In this document: positions 29,601 to 41,600 of the stretch, piece after piece
Layout: each line of letters begins with the position of its first letter
Position numbering within the stretch: position 1 is the stretch's first letter
Origin: Ascidiella aspersa
Taxonomy: Eukaryota
Direction: 5' to 3'
Assembly: GCA_963924565.1 (NCBI GenBank)
Contig: OZ004608.1
Coordinates: 10,044,001 to 10,108,000 of the forward strand
DNA length: 64,000 nt
Made by a program: the position numbers and the translations under genes
The notes under the pieces: model-generated
The model's database searches: none
What the model was told of the DNA's origin: nothing
Seen by the model: only the letters and a program-made list of their open reading frames with translations

Positions 29601-32600
29601 CTGGGTTGTTTAACCCCTTGCTTTGTCGGTCTCCGCTGTTTGATGCTACTTAACCGGTGTGTCATTTCGCTTTGTGGAAGAACCCAAGCGGCCCCTAAAT
29701 CCTCTCCCATCGCGGAAAACAAAATAAAAACAAACGAAAAACTAAGCCCGGATTCGCTTCTCGGACCTAATCCTTTAGCGAATTACAGTATCAACGCTTT
29801 CAATGGATTACTGGTCAATTTAACGTCACCTGTGGCTCTTTGTAGACTTGCGTTGGCCCTTCGCATTCTTCCAATCCCAACGAGGTCCGGCTTTTCCAAA
29901 TGTCCAGCGTATCGTTGGCGGCCGCCGCGTTCAAAGCAGCCCCGCGCCAAAACCAAGGAGCCTTTTCCCGGAGACGTGGCTATGGGCCGACCGAATAACC
30001 GGGTAATTTACATCGGTCCTGCGCTTTAAACCAATGCGCTTCGACTGCGAGTTGCGGTGGCAGGACGCGAAACTCCATTATCGAGTTTTAAGGGCTTTTT
30101 GGGTGCTTTAGCCGCTTTTTTAACGGGGATGTGTCGATTTGTATAGACCCCGATTACTATGTCAATTACCTGTTGGCCGATATCGACGATAGGAGCCCAA
30201 TCGTTCAACGCGGTCCAAGCGCCGGTCGCATCATGAGCGGTTCCGCCTCTAATGGAAGCCCCGCCCCAAAACCCAGGACCCTGTTCCCGGAGACGTGGCT
30301 TTGGGCCGACCGAGTAACCGGGTAATTTTAACGCCCCTTGCCCCGATTTCTTCGCTTTGGCTGCGCGGTTACGGTGGGTCGACGGCGAATCGCCATCGAG
30401 ACTTGGGGAAAATGTGTGTTATGTTTCGATTATACTGCGGGGTAGTTTAGTTCTATAGTGTGTTGAAGCTTGGTTCACATACGCCTGGCGTTAAATGCTA
30501 ACGTCATTCTCAATTTACGCGCATAACACGTCGGCTGCGTTAACGGCAAATTTTCTCCCGAAGGTAAACTTGAAGTACCGACGTTTTTCGTTTAACGCAC
30601 AACGCGTCTAGCGTGAAACAACCATTACAATTCAAGTAGCATAGTGAGCCGATCGGCATTTTGAGGTATAAGTTGGAAGTTGGTATAAGTTAGGTTTCGG
30701 TTTGCTTTTGTAGATTTCCCGATCCGCTATGCGTTCGGCGGCGGTGTTCAAGCCTTTGCCGTCGACAGCCAAATAGTGGCCAGACAGCCCGAAGCGTTGC
30801 GGGGCCCTGCCCCGGCCGCTCCGGCCAATAGCAACCCCACGCCACGGACCCATTTCCCCGAGACCTGGCTGTGGGACAGCGGTCTTACTGGGTAACTTTG
30901 CTGGCTACTCTATGGGTGTGCTTAGAAAACTGCTTCAAATGCTGTTTTTTTTCTCGCAACGGACTCGCATGTGACCTGGAGGTGTTAACAACGCTATATC
31001 CGCTTTTTCTTGTATATTTAGTAACCAAACATGGGCCCCTTGAATCCTTACTGTTACGAGGTTTGCCCTTTTGTCACTATTTGCCAAGTTTGTCCAATAG
31101 GCGTTTCCATCCTAATATTTTTGGCCCTTTGCGCGAAAATCAAGAATTTGAAATGTACAAACATCGGTTATTGTCGAAAAGACAAACAGATAATCAAAAG
31201 AAAATTCTTTGTCTGTTTTCGTTTTTAACCTGTCTGGTCTTTTTCGTCAATTGCGCTCAAATTTTCGTTAAACAGTCGCGTCAGAAAAGCGGCAAACAGC
31301 GTAGCGAATGTCAGGCCTAGATTTTTAAAGTCGTTATTTTCGACCCGAAACACGCAGACGGGGATTATTACGGAGGCGGAGACTATTTGTTCGAGATACA
31401 GTTTGACGGCGGCGATATGGAGGCTCCAGTAATAATGGCGGACTCTGATGGGGAGAACGTTGAAAGCGAGCTACCGCAAGCTAAAAAAATCCGCTCGTTT
31501 TTTCCGGAAACGTGGCTATGGACGGAGGGCAGGACAGGGTGAGATAAGACTGGGGACAGGTTAAGGGGGTTTATTTATACTTCAGTTGCAGTTATATTTT
31601 TTTTATTTTGGATATGCATTTTCAGTTTTACAGATTATTTTTTTAGCGAGCCATTTTTAGCGAGCTCGTGTTGGTCGTCTTAGGTTTTAAGCCTAAAGTG
31701 GTTCTATTTTTTAAGACTCTTAATTGTTTTGTTTTTAGAAGCCCCTTTTGATAGTTCAACTTTGTGAGCTTAACCTGATCTATATCCCTCGCCGGTTTCG
31801 TGAGCCCAGTTCTATCAGTATAAAGTTTTAAGCCAAATCATTTCCACTTTTGGATAAAACTGTACCAAGAGATGAGGCGTTGTGTGTAGTTTTACCCACA
31901 AGAGAGTTGCAATATTGTGGAAGTCCTTTATGGTGAGCAAGTTACGGGGATCTTAAAAAAAGTGAAAAACAAAAAACTTCACGCACATAACAAGTACCAA
32001 GGTTTGGAGAAAAGTCTTAATTTTATGAATACACGCCAGGACTGCCAGTCAGCACACTGCGAGGACCGAATTTGAATATGCCCCAAATCGAATCGCAGCA
32101 GGCAGCAATATATCGCTCTCAGCTGTAGCGCTCTAGGTTGGTGAACGAAAGCGGCAGAATCGAGAGGATTGGCCGGTAGTGATCGTAGCGAAATTACCAA
32201 TTCGCAAACGTTAGAATTCGAATGGTGTGGTGCCAGCGCCAAGGCGACCAATTGTCAGGAAAGAAAATTGACTGAATCACCGCCTTTCGATTCCATGGCC
32301 ACCAACTTGACGTGAAGGCTGCGCTCGGCTGAACGTGTAAAAGGCACACCCATATGTATTTTAACGCTATTGAAATGAGCTTGCCTGTCAAATTCGCGTT
32401 AACAGAATATGGCCTTGTTCAAACTAGCGAGTTACTTCCGCCTACGTTCACGTGAAATGCTTTACAACCCGCGATAAATTATTACCTTTTGCAATACGTT
32501 GGTGGTGGTGCAATGACTGGCGTTTTCTCCATATTACGTTGTATAAACCCGGTTTATTTCGGGGAATGCACAGATACGGTTCAATTATATTTGCGTTTAC

Positions 32601-35600
32601 GAATGAATAACAATAAAATTAACTGATCGAATTACCAAACGTATATGAATTTAAGGTACCACCTAAAATGTTCTAGTTAAAAGTTCACTTAATGGCCATT
32701 TCAAAATGAGATAAAAATAAATACTACAAATTAGGCGATCAAATGACATAATTTTAATGTTCACCAGAATGGTCGCTTCTTAAAGCAGCTTCGAAAAAAA
32801 ACAACCTTTAATTGACCAAACGACATACCCAACGCAAACGCAACTCAGTAAGCAAGTTTTAAGTCGGCCTTCATTCAATCCAGTTCCGGTGATGCTGTTC
32901 AAAGGCAGCGTAGCAGCAGCTGGCCCCAACAGGGAAGCGGCCGTAGCGGTTACTGACGATACCGTACACGAGGCGCCTAACCCTAGGTCCTACTTTCCGG
33001 AAACTTGGCTATGGAGCGGCGCTATTGCCGGGTATGGCGCCCCCGGAACGATTGCACTGTTGTTGCATGATGCCGAGTTTCGGCGTTAAAGCGATTTTTT
33101 TTTAAGCTGAGGCTTTCGTTGGTTGCCGATTTATGAAGAAGTTTTGTTTTGATATTTTCAGCTGTTTTCCTTGTTTCTTGTGCTGTTTGTATTTTGTTCA
33201 GGACGTACGCTTTTGCACGGATCCCAAATTTTATCCCAAATGGTCATAACTTAAAAGAATGGATTTCGCTTACCTCTGATAACTCGACTTTCGTTTATTT
33301 TAGTTAACCTTCGAAAATCAGCCTTTTCCACAACGGTATAACACTAAAACTTCCTAAAAACACACAACCAACACCGCGAGAGAAAACTAGAGGAAGGCAA
33401 AACTTGCTATATCTCCCGCTAATACGCAACGCAACGTTGTAAGCGAAACTCAGTCGTTTGCAATTGACTGAACTTTGCTTTGCCCCTCGCGCAGATGTAG
33501 ACATCTACCCGGTTTTCGCCATGGCCGAGTCGGCCAATTTTGACTTGGACGACGGCAATAACGCCCTGAAACGCGGCCAGGCGTCCGGCGGCGCCCAGGC
33601 CCCCGCGCCCCGCACCTATTTCCCCGAGACCTGGCTGTGGGACCACTCGCTTACCGGGTATATAACAAAAATAACATTAAAATCACGCCCTCACAATGGT
33701 GTAGCGGCTGCTGTGCATGACTTGCCGGTTCTGTGCGTTACTTTTGTGCATTATATACGTTTTTATTTGACGGTGGGAATGTTAACGCTATACTATACGT
33801 ATAACTGTTAATTTGCACGTGGTGTCAGAGATGGCGTGCGTTTTTACTGTTTTTATATGTTTTTTCGAATTTTGTGCAGTGTTGCAACTGTGGCACCCAC
33901 GCTGTGAGCACTGTTTTTTTTGTAAAAATTTGTACCACAAAAAAATAAAAAAAAAATACATTTTTACTTGAAAAAAAATTAGTGAAATGCGATTGTAGAA
34001 TTAATATTTTACATTCACAAAGCCTTAAAATAAGCATATATAACCCAAATAAATCGAAATTTTGAAGTAAATGCCCCGCAACAAACAACTAGCTTGTTTG
34101 ACGGCCAATTGCAACAAACAACTAGCTTGTTTTGACGGCCAAAATATTGCCACGGCAGATGCCTACCCCTTCGTTTACGACTCGTCGGAGAGATTGGGTG
34201 ATTTTTTTGACGCCCTGTTCCCTTCCATGACCGTCTCCTCGGCCCCAGCAATAACCCCGAGAACCCACTTCCCTGAAACCTGGCTCTGGGAAAACGACCT
34301 GACCGGGTATGTCCCCCCCCACCCCCCACACACACACTATCGCCCGTTGAACGTTCTGCACGAAATCACCCCCGTATTGCGTCGCCATTCAAATATTCGA
34401 CGTCGAAATTGTGTAGTAGTCGGTCGAACATTTTCACGAGTTAAAACGAGCATGCCACTTCTACCAAATCACACATGTTCTTCGTCGTTGCACACTTTTG
34501 CGCCCAACCGTTTGTTTTGTAAAGATTGTTTATGCTGATCGGTTGAACAGAATGCCTTTGTCCATTCCTCTTGCAAAAAGGGTAACAAAATCGATCGTTT
34601 TAGGTCTTATAAACCAACAGAATCGCGCACTCAGAATATACCCAATATTTTGAACTTTTTCAGCAGGATTTAGTATACCTAGAAGTCTTCTTGTCTAATC
34701 TAACCTAGCCCTGATGTGTCCTCACCTCCTGAGTTTAACCCTAAAGCCTTACAACAGGGGCAGTGACGTTTAACCTTTTTTCTCCGTGTGTCAGTTGACG
34801 ACTACCCGGTTTACTTTATGATGGAAGCCGCGGAGGCCGAGTTCGACTCTGACGTAACAATGGTGGGCAATTCCGCTGGCGGGGCGGCGCCCACACCGAG
34901 AACCTACTTTCCCGAAACCTGGCTTTGGGACGAAGGCTTTGCCGGGTAAAAAGCGAAACTGCCTGTAGCGCGAATGCGGAACGAGTAATCAGTAGTCTTG
35001 TTTCTTACTAGCGACAAGTCCTCTTCCCTTTACGTCGCTAATTTATTTTCATTCCAAATCGAAATCCGCTAATATTCGTTAGCTCTGCAAACACGGCTTT
35101 CCAATCGAGCATTTTAACGATTCACCCAATGCTAATTATAGTTTTCCGGACATTTTATTAGAGTATTTTTCAATATTAGAGTATTTTTCAATATTAGAGT
35201 ATTTTTTTTTCAAGTTTCCAATGATTTCCTCGCATGCGCAAGCGTTACTTCTGCGATTTTTCATATAGAACAACCCAAATTTTGCACGATTTAATTTCTT
35301 GTGCACGTTGTAATTTGCGGTAAAACGTTTTTTTGCAGCTCTTTCATGATTATTTTGGAGAGGTTACCTTTTAGGTTTAGGTTGTGGGAAAAAAATTATC
35401 ACAAAATAATGCATTCTCTGCGGATTAAGGCAAAGGTTCTTGAAACTGTGACGACCTGGTGCGTCGTTTTAATTTCCTAAACGGATGAGTGTGAACAAGG
35501 CCAATCATTAAAATATATATACGATTTATCTGCAAAGTCAAACAAAATGTGGCGCCACCGACGACAGGCCGGGAATTGTATATAGCTTAGCTTAAAATAA

Positions 35601-38600
35601 ATCCAACCGATGTCTGTCTTATCTCTCGTATGGTTTAAAAATTCCACGATGACGCAAGTGAAGCCGACCGCTTCTCTGCACGCCTTGCACCAACGCTTGG
35701 TAATGGCTCGAAGCGATCGCGATCCACAGGCAATCGCGATTTGCGGCTTGACAAGACCACCTTCTCTTTTTAGACCGCTTTGCCATTGAGCCTGGCTTTT
35801 TTCAAATTCAGTCGGCCCGTTGAAGATACCGCCTGCAAAAGATGCTTCTTTGGAAAAGAGGGTGGCCAAAGAAAGCGGCTGCTGTTGAAATAGTCATAGG
35901 TTACTGTATTTTTGAAATGGACAATACGCAAAAAGCAAGGTAAAAATGGGATTCTCCTCTTTGTTGTCATTGCTCAGTTCAGTACCTTTTTAAAAACATG
36001 TGCACTTGCGAACTTCCAATGAAAAAAAAGTGAGACCTGACCTTTCGAAGCAAACAGGCCTTGAAAGCGTCATCAGATCGCTACGTTTTCGTGGAAAATC
36101 CCCGATTCCCCATGTCGAGCAAAACAAATCTGTCGCGCGTTTCGTAACTCTCCAATATTTTTCTTCGATTTTTGCCTTCGGAGAAGACTGACGAAATTTC
36201 TTTTCCTGGAAAAGCCCAAGTATTCAGTTTTAAAGCGTTTGCTGTTTTGTTTACCTATACGACTGTATTCAATCCCAGGGCTCTTTTCGCCTTTCGCCCG
36301 TTCTCGGATGATGTTGGGAGCCGCTCCGGGCATTTCAGGCAGATTCCAGGCCCCTGCTGAACCCCGGTCGCATTTTCCCGAGACCTGGCTGTGGCAGGAC
36401 GGGTTGACCGGGTAAAGCAAAAATCTAACTGTAGATTTTGCAGATTAACGCTTGGAGGGACAAAAAATATCGAGCACGTGCAGAAGTATGTAGCATTTTG
36501 TGAATGATTGACGAAACGTTTTGCAAACCGTTCACAAAATGCGAGCAATACTTCTATTATGTGCTTCGACATTCCTTCTAGGAATAACATAGCATCCTCG
36601 CTCTTATGTATGTAGACGCAAAGTAAGTAGATCATTTAGCAGTCACACATAGTTAACGCTCATGCTTCAATACAACCGCAACTGAAATCCCTTTAACGCC
36701 CCCCCCCCCCAAAAAAAAAAAAGAAAACCACCACGAACTTTCCTTAAAGAGAGGTCTGATGCTTCTGATTGCAGTCGAAAACGTGGTCCTCTATTCGATG
36801 TCGCGGAACTTCGGATTGGCGCAAGACGCCCAACTCGACTTTGTAGGTCCAATCGTGGGCGCTTCGCCAATCGGTAACGCCGCACCACCCAAACCGAGGT
36901 CCCACTTTCCCGAGGCATGGCTCTGGGACAGCTCTCTTACAGGGTAATCCCCGGCATTTCCAATCCAATCAAGAACTCGCGCACCGCATGACGTCATACT
37001 CCTGACCCCCACCGCCTATAGTCACTGTGGAGGACTAACTTACATCATCGTCTTTTGCATTGCAATGCGGCTCTGGCGACGTGTCCTGACGCAATTTACA
37101 AACGAGTTGGCCAAGGTCGTGAGTTCGAATCTCACCGCAGAAAAGGCGTTTGCAAATCTAAATTCCTAACATGCAATTGCTACGAAATGTCTTGAGTCCT
37201 TGAGTCTTGCCACAGAAACAGTCATTTTTTTAATTTTAAAATTTGAATATTAAATATCGGTTTAAGCAATTGCTACGAAATGTCCAAGGTCGTGAGCTCG
37301 AATCCCACTGCAGACCAGTCGTTCGTAACTCTAAATATCGGTTTAAGCGATAGCTACAAAATGTCTCAGGTCGTGGGTTTAAATCTCACCTCTTAGCATA
37401 GTTATTTGCAATAGGTAACCTGAATGTCCTTGGTTCGTGAGTTCGAGTTGCAACACCTGCTGATTTATTGTAGACGTAATATTACATAAAGTCGAACCGC
37501 TTCAAATTTAGATTCAAATTGCAGACGAACGATATGGGCGGCCGAGATATGGGCTGCCGAGATATGGGTCCAGTGGCCGTGTGGGTATGGCGTTTCCGAT
37601 GGCAAACAGCCGCATACAATATAAGGCGCTCGCGCCTCAATCGTTGGACATCGGCGGCTTTTATCCCACTCCGGCTAAACCCAAACCGAGGTCCCACTTT
37701 CCCGAGGCATGGCTCTGGGACAGCTCGCTTACAGGGTAATCCCCCGGCATTTCCAATCCATTCAAGAACTCGCGCACCGCATGACGTCATACTCCTGACC
37801 CCCACCTCCTATAGTCACTGTGGAGGACTAACTTACATCATCGTCTTTTGCATTGCAATGCGGCTCTGGCGACGTGTCCCGACGCAATTTACAAACGAGT
37901 TGGCCAAGGTCGTGAGTTCGAATCTCACCGCAGAACAGTCGTTATCTCTAAATTCCTAGCTGGAGAAATTGCTACGACACGTCCGAGTACGAGATTTGAA
38001 ATCTCACTCTAGTTTAGACCAGTCCTTTGTAAATTAAATCCAAATCTCGGTTTAAGACTTCAAGCGATTGATACCAAATGTCCGAGGTCGTAAGTTCAAA
38101 TTTCACTGCAGACCATTCGTTTGTAACTCTAAATCTCAGTTTCAGCGATTGCTACAAAATGTCTGAGGTCGTAAGTTTGAAAAAATTGCGATATTTATTT
38201 GCAGCAGGTAACTCTGTTACACATACCTGTCACTCCGTCATGGCGTTGGTTCGTGAGTTCGAAATGCCACGCCGACGACTGATTTATTGTTCCTTGCTTG
38301 TACGAACTGCGACGAACGGATCTAGGATATAGCTTATAGGCCGCTATAGATGTACTACTATATACAAAGTCGAACCCGCTTCAAATTTCGATTCAAATTG
38401 CAGATAAACGAAAACGATATGGGAGGCCGATGTTTAGGTCCCGTGGCCGTGTGGCCACCAGCCGTATACGGTTTAAGGCTCTCAAGCCGGCGTCGCTGGA
38501 TATTGCCCGTTCTCCCACTCCGGCTAAACAGAAACCGAGAACTCATTTCCCCGAAACTTGGCTGTGGGACGCGTCGCTAACCGGGTAAAAGTCACTATAT

Positions 38601-41600
38601 GTCCTGGACTACATGTCCTGGACTGCCGTTGTTTTCATTCAGTGAAACACCGTCAACCGACTTGTAATGTAATGGCAGTAACCCACTCTAACACGTCACT
38701 CACTCACTCGCTCGTACGAAACAACCTTTTCCATTGTCATTTATTTAACAAACGCGTCGAAAGATTGCAAGGCCTGGGCGCATTAAAAAAAACTGGCACT
38801 GGTGTAGAATCCTACCACAACGTTGAAACATTATTAAACCAACGCAGAATATTCGGGATAGGGTGTCGGATGGGATTTGGGTGAGGGTGGGTCTAGTATT
38901 ATTATAATTATTTAATAGCATTCCTAACTCGAATACAAAACGACTTGCTAACTAGTTTCTGCTGTAGTTGTTGGAGAGTTTAAAGAGGCCCTTCAGTCCC
39001 TCAAAATACTTTTCAAATCACTTCGCAGTTCGAGTAATTAAACCTACAGACAGCTGACGAGCATAAAGACCAGCTTGAACTTTGATTACACGTGCGGAGA
39101 GCCCGAGGGTGGGAATGTTTGCTGCAAGAAAGCAAACAAGCGGCATATCAAGTATCAAACCCGCATTTCAATCAACCAAAATGACGCGTTGGGCAGATAT
39201 AAAGCAGGGGTGGGCAATTATTTTTTGAGAGCGGGCCTCATAAGAAACAGACAATGTCTTGGCAGGCCGTGTCAAAAAAGTGGACCTCGAATACATATAT
39301 AACGTACGATTCCTTTTAAAAGAAACTATAAATATCGTTGTCTAGACAAGCTTGTAAGAGTAGGAAAAGGTGCAGATGCTTTACAAGAGTAATGTATTCA
39401 ATAAAAATTCCGGAATCAAAAGAAAAAACATGTAAGGTTTACTTTTGCCTAAAAAAGGTATATTGTGGATAAGCCGCGGTTCAGATTATATTGCTTGGCT
39501 GGCCGACGTTTTGCCAGGTCTGAGCTAAAGGGTCTACGTATTAAATACCATTCATATTTGAACGTCTTCAGGACCTTTAATTATAGGTTCGAATTTAACG
39601 CCGTTGCGTTTCGAAGGTCGAAACAAAATTGTAAACTATTATTTTAAACCACGGCTAAATCGTTCAAACCGACGAACAGCTACCACTGCGTATCGATGCC
39701 ATTTCAATACTGTGCAGGTTTTATCATTTATTTTTTAATATTTTACTTTTTTTCACGTGCATGCTGCATGCTTACCTCGTCGCATGAAACTCTTTTGTTC
39801 ACTTTTTCCGCAATCGCCTTCGGGCTGTTTTTGTTCATAATAGATTATTATAAGCTTAGGTAAATAAATATTTTTTGTATAATAAATATTTTTTGTATGT
39901 AGTTGAGATTAAATGTAGTGTATGTGCTTACAACCAAGGTAGGATTTTGGAGATAAAGTAAGATTCTATATAAGATAGCATATGTCACGTCTCGTTTTTA
40001 TGCCTGCTTTCCAATGTTATTTGCCCAATTGCATTCCCTTGAAATATTTTTAAAACGTTTACTTTTCTTTAAATGCTATGCTTTGTAAATCCGCCCGTAT
40101 GTGACATGCGATTTAACTAAAACACTTAAAGGGATTAACTAAGCAGGCATAAAGACGGACAGTCAAACTTAAGAGTCACGTCGTGAACTTGTAAAATTGA
40201 CTTTGCTTTTTGCCCGATTTAGCGCCGACGGTGCAGCGACCTTCGACACAAAGGCGCCCGACACTATTACGTCGTGGATCCTGAGCGCCTTCTCAGTATC
40301 GGACGAGTACGGGTTTGGACTCGCCGACACTTTCAAGGTGAGTAGTCGAGTAATCGAGTAGGTGAGTAATGGTAAGTTATTTACAACTTGGAATAGTTGC
40401 TGTTCATTTAACTTGGAATCAAAAACATACTTTATTAGCCTCAATCATTTTTCGCGGTGACCTAAATACTAAACGTAAGTATAACAGTCATGCTTTGGCG
40501 ACCAAATTCACTTCCCTAAACTAAATGACTTAAAACACAAATAAATTATAGTGCTAATTAGTTTAAATTCAATGAATATAAATCATGTTTCGTATTGTTT
40601 CTGCGGTTTTATAATAAGTTCTTTACAACTTGGAAAATGTGATGATTATTTCGAGACAAAATTTATTTCCTTGAAATCACACAAAAAAGTTTCTAATAAA
40701 GACTGGCAGACGTTTCTCGAACTTTCTTCACCCGCCGCAAATTGCCTTTAATCCGCCAAGGTGTGTTGCCAAAAATTTCATCGCCCTCTTATTTCTTTCT
40801 TGAAAAACCGCAAGCGTTAAAACCTCGTATGCGCTGATAAAATTTAAAACCTCGGGCGCTCATTCAATTAGCCGCTGTTTATATCAAGAAAGGTTGGAAA
40901 GCTTCAAGCGTATGCCAAGGGGAACTACGTTACGGCGTCATCGGGAGCTTTTGTCGTGTTACACGCTGATTTATTTTCCCAACGCGTATTTGCCGCCGAT
41001 TCACCTCGCAGTAAACATGTTGTGGTGTGGCGTCGATTTATCATCGCGTACACAAAAGGTTGCCGGCGCGTGTTTTTCTCAATTGTATGCCTTTTGCGTC
41101 AAAAGTGCCCTTTAAAGCCACTTGAAAGACGTGCGAGATGAGCCTAGGCCTTTCTTGCCGCCGTTGTTGGAATTTGCTTAAAGTCCAGTAACAAAGGGGT
41201 CGCTTTGGTTTTTAAAGCAGCCAAAATTCTCCTTGTTCCTGGTGTGGGTCATACGGAAAGTTGTTTTTGATTTTAATAACTAATCCTAAAACACGCGTTG
41301 ATTACGACACGTAAAGTAGTTGCCACACCTGAGCTTCAAATTGGAGAAACCTTCGGTAGAGTTCCAAGTTAAAGTTATATTTTCAATTTTTAAAAACAAG
41401 ATCACTGTGTCTAGCGTTTTAAAAAATGCGCTAAAAGTCCTTTTGTTTCTTTGCAGAGTTGAACGTTTTTTATTATATTTTAGACTTTACGAAACCGAAT
41501 TGATTGGTCGGGCTTTAAAACACAAGCTGGTTTGAAAGTCGGCTTTGGCCGATTCACCAAAACAAAGACACCGAACTCATTTGTTCTTCCTTGCAGATCA

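Noticed and set aside
37108-37145. tRNA gene
   Set aside because: Only a T-arm-like fragment; no D-arm, anticodon arm or acceptor stem is recognisable.
28923-38584. Interpreting the repeat-plus-variable pattern as a CRISPR array, or as tandem repeats all included in one protein
   Set aside because: The conserved parts vary mainly at synonymous codon positions and are bounded by splice sites in a eukaryotic gene. The 3n+1 lengths and phase mismatch forbid serial inclusion.
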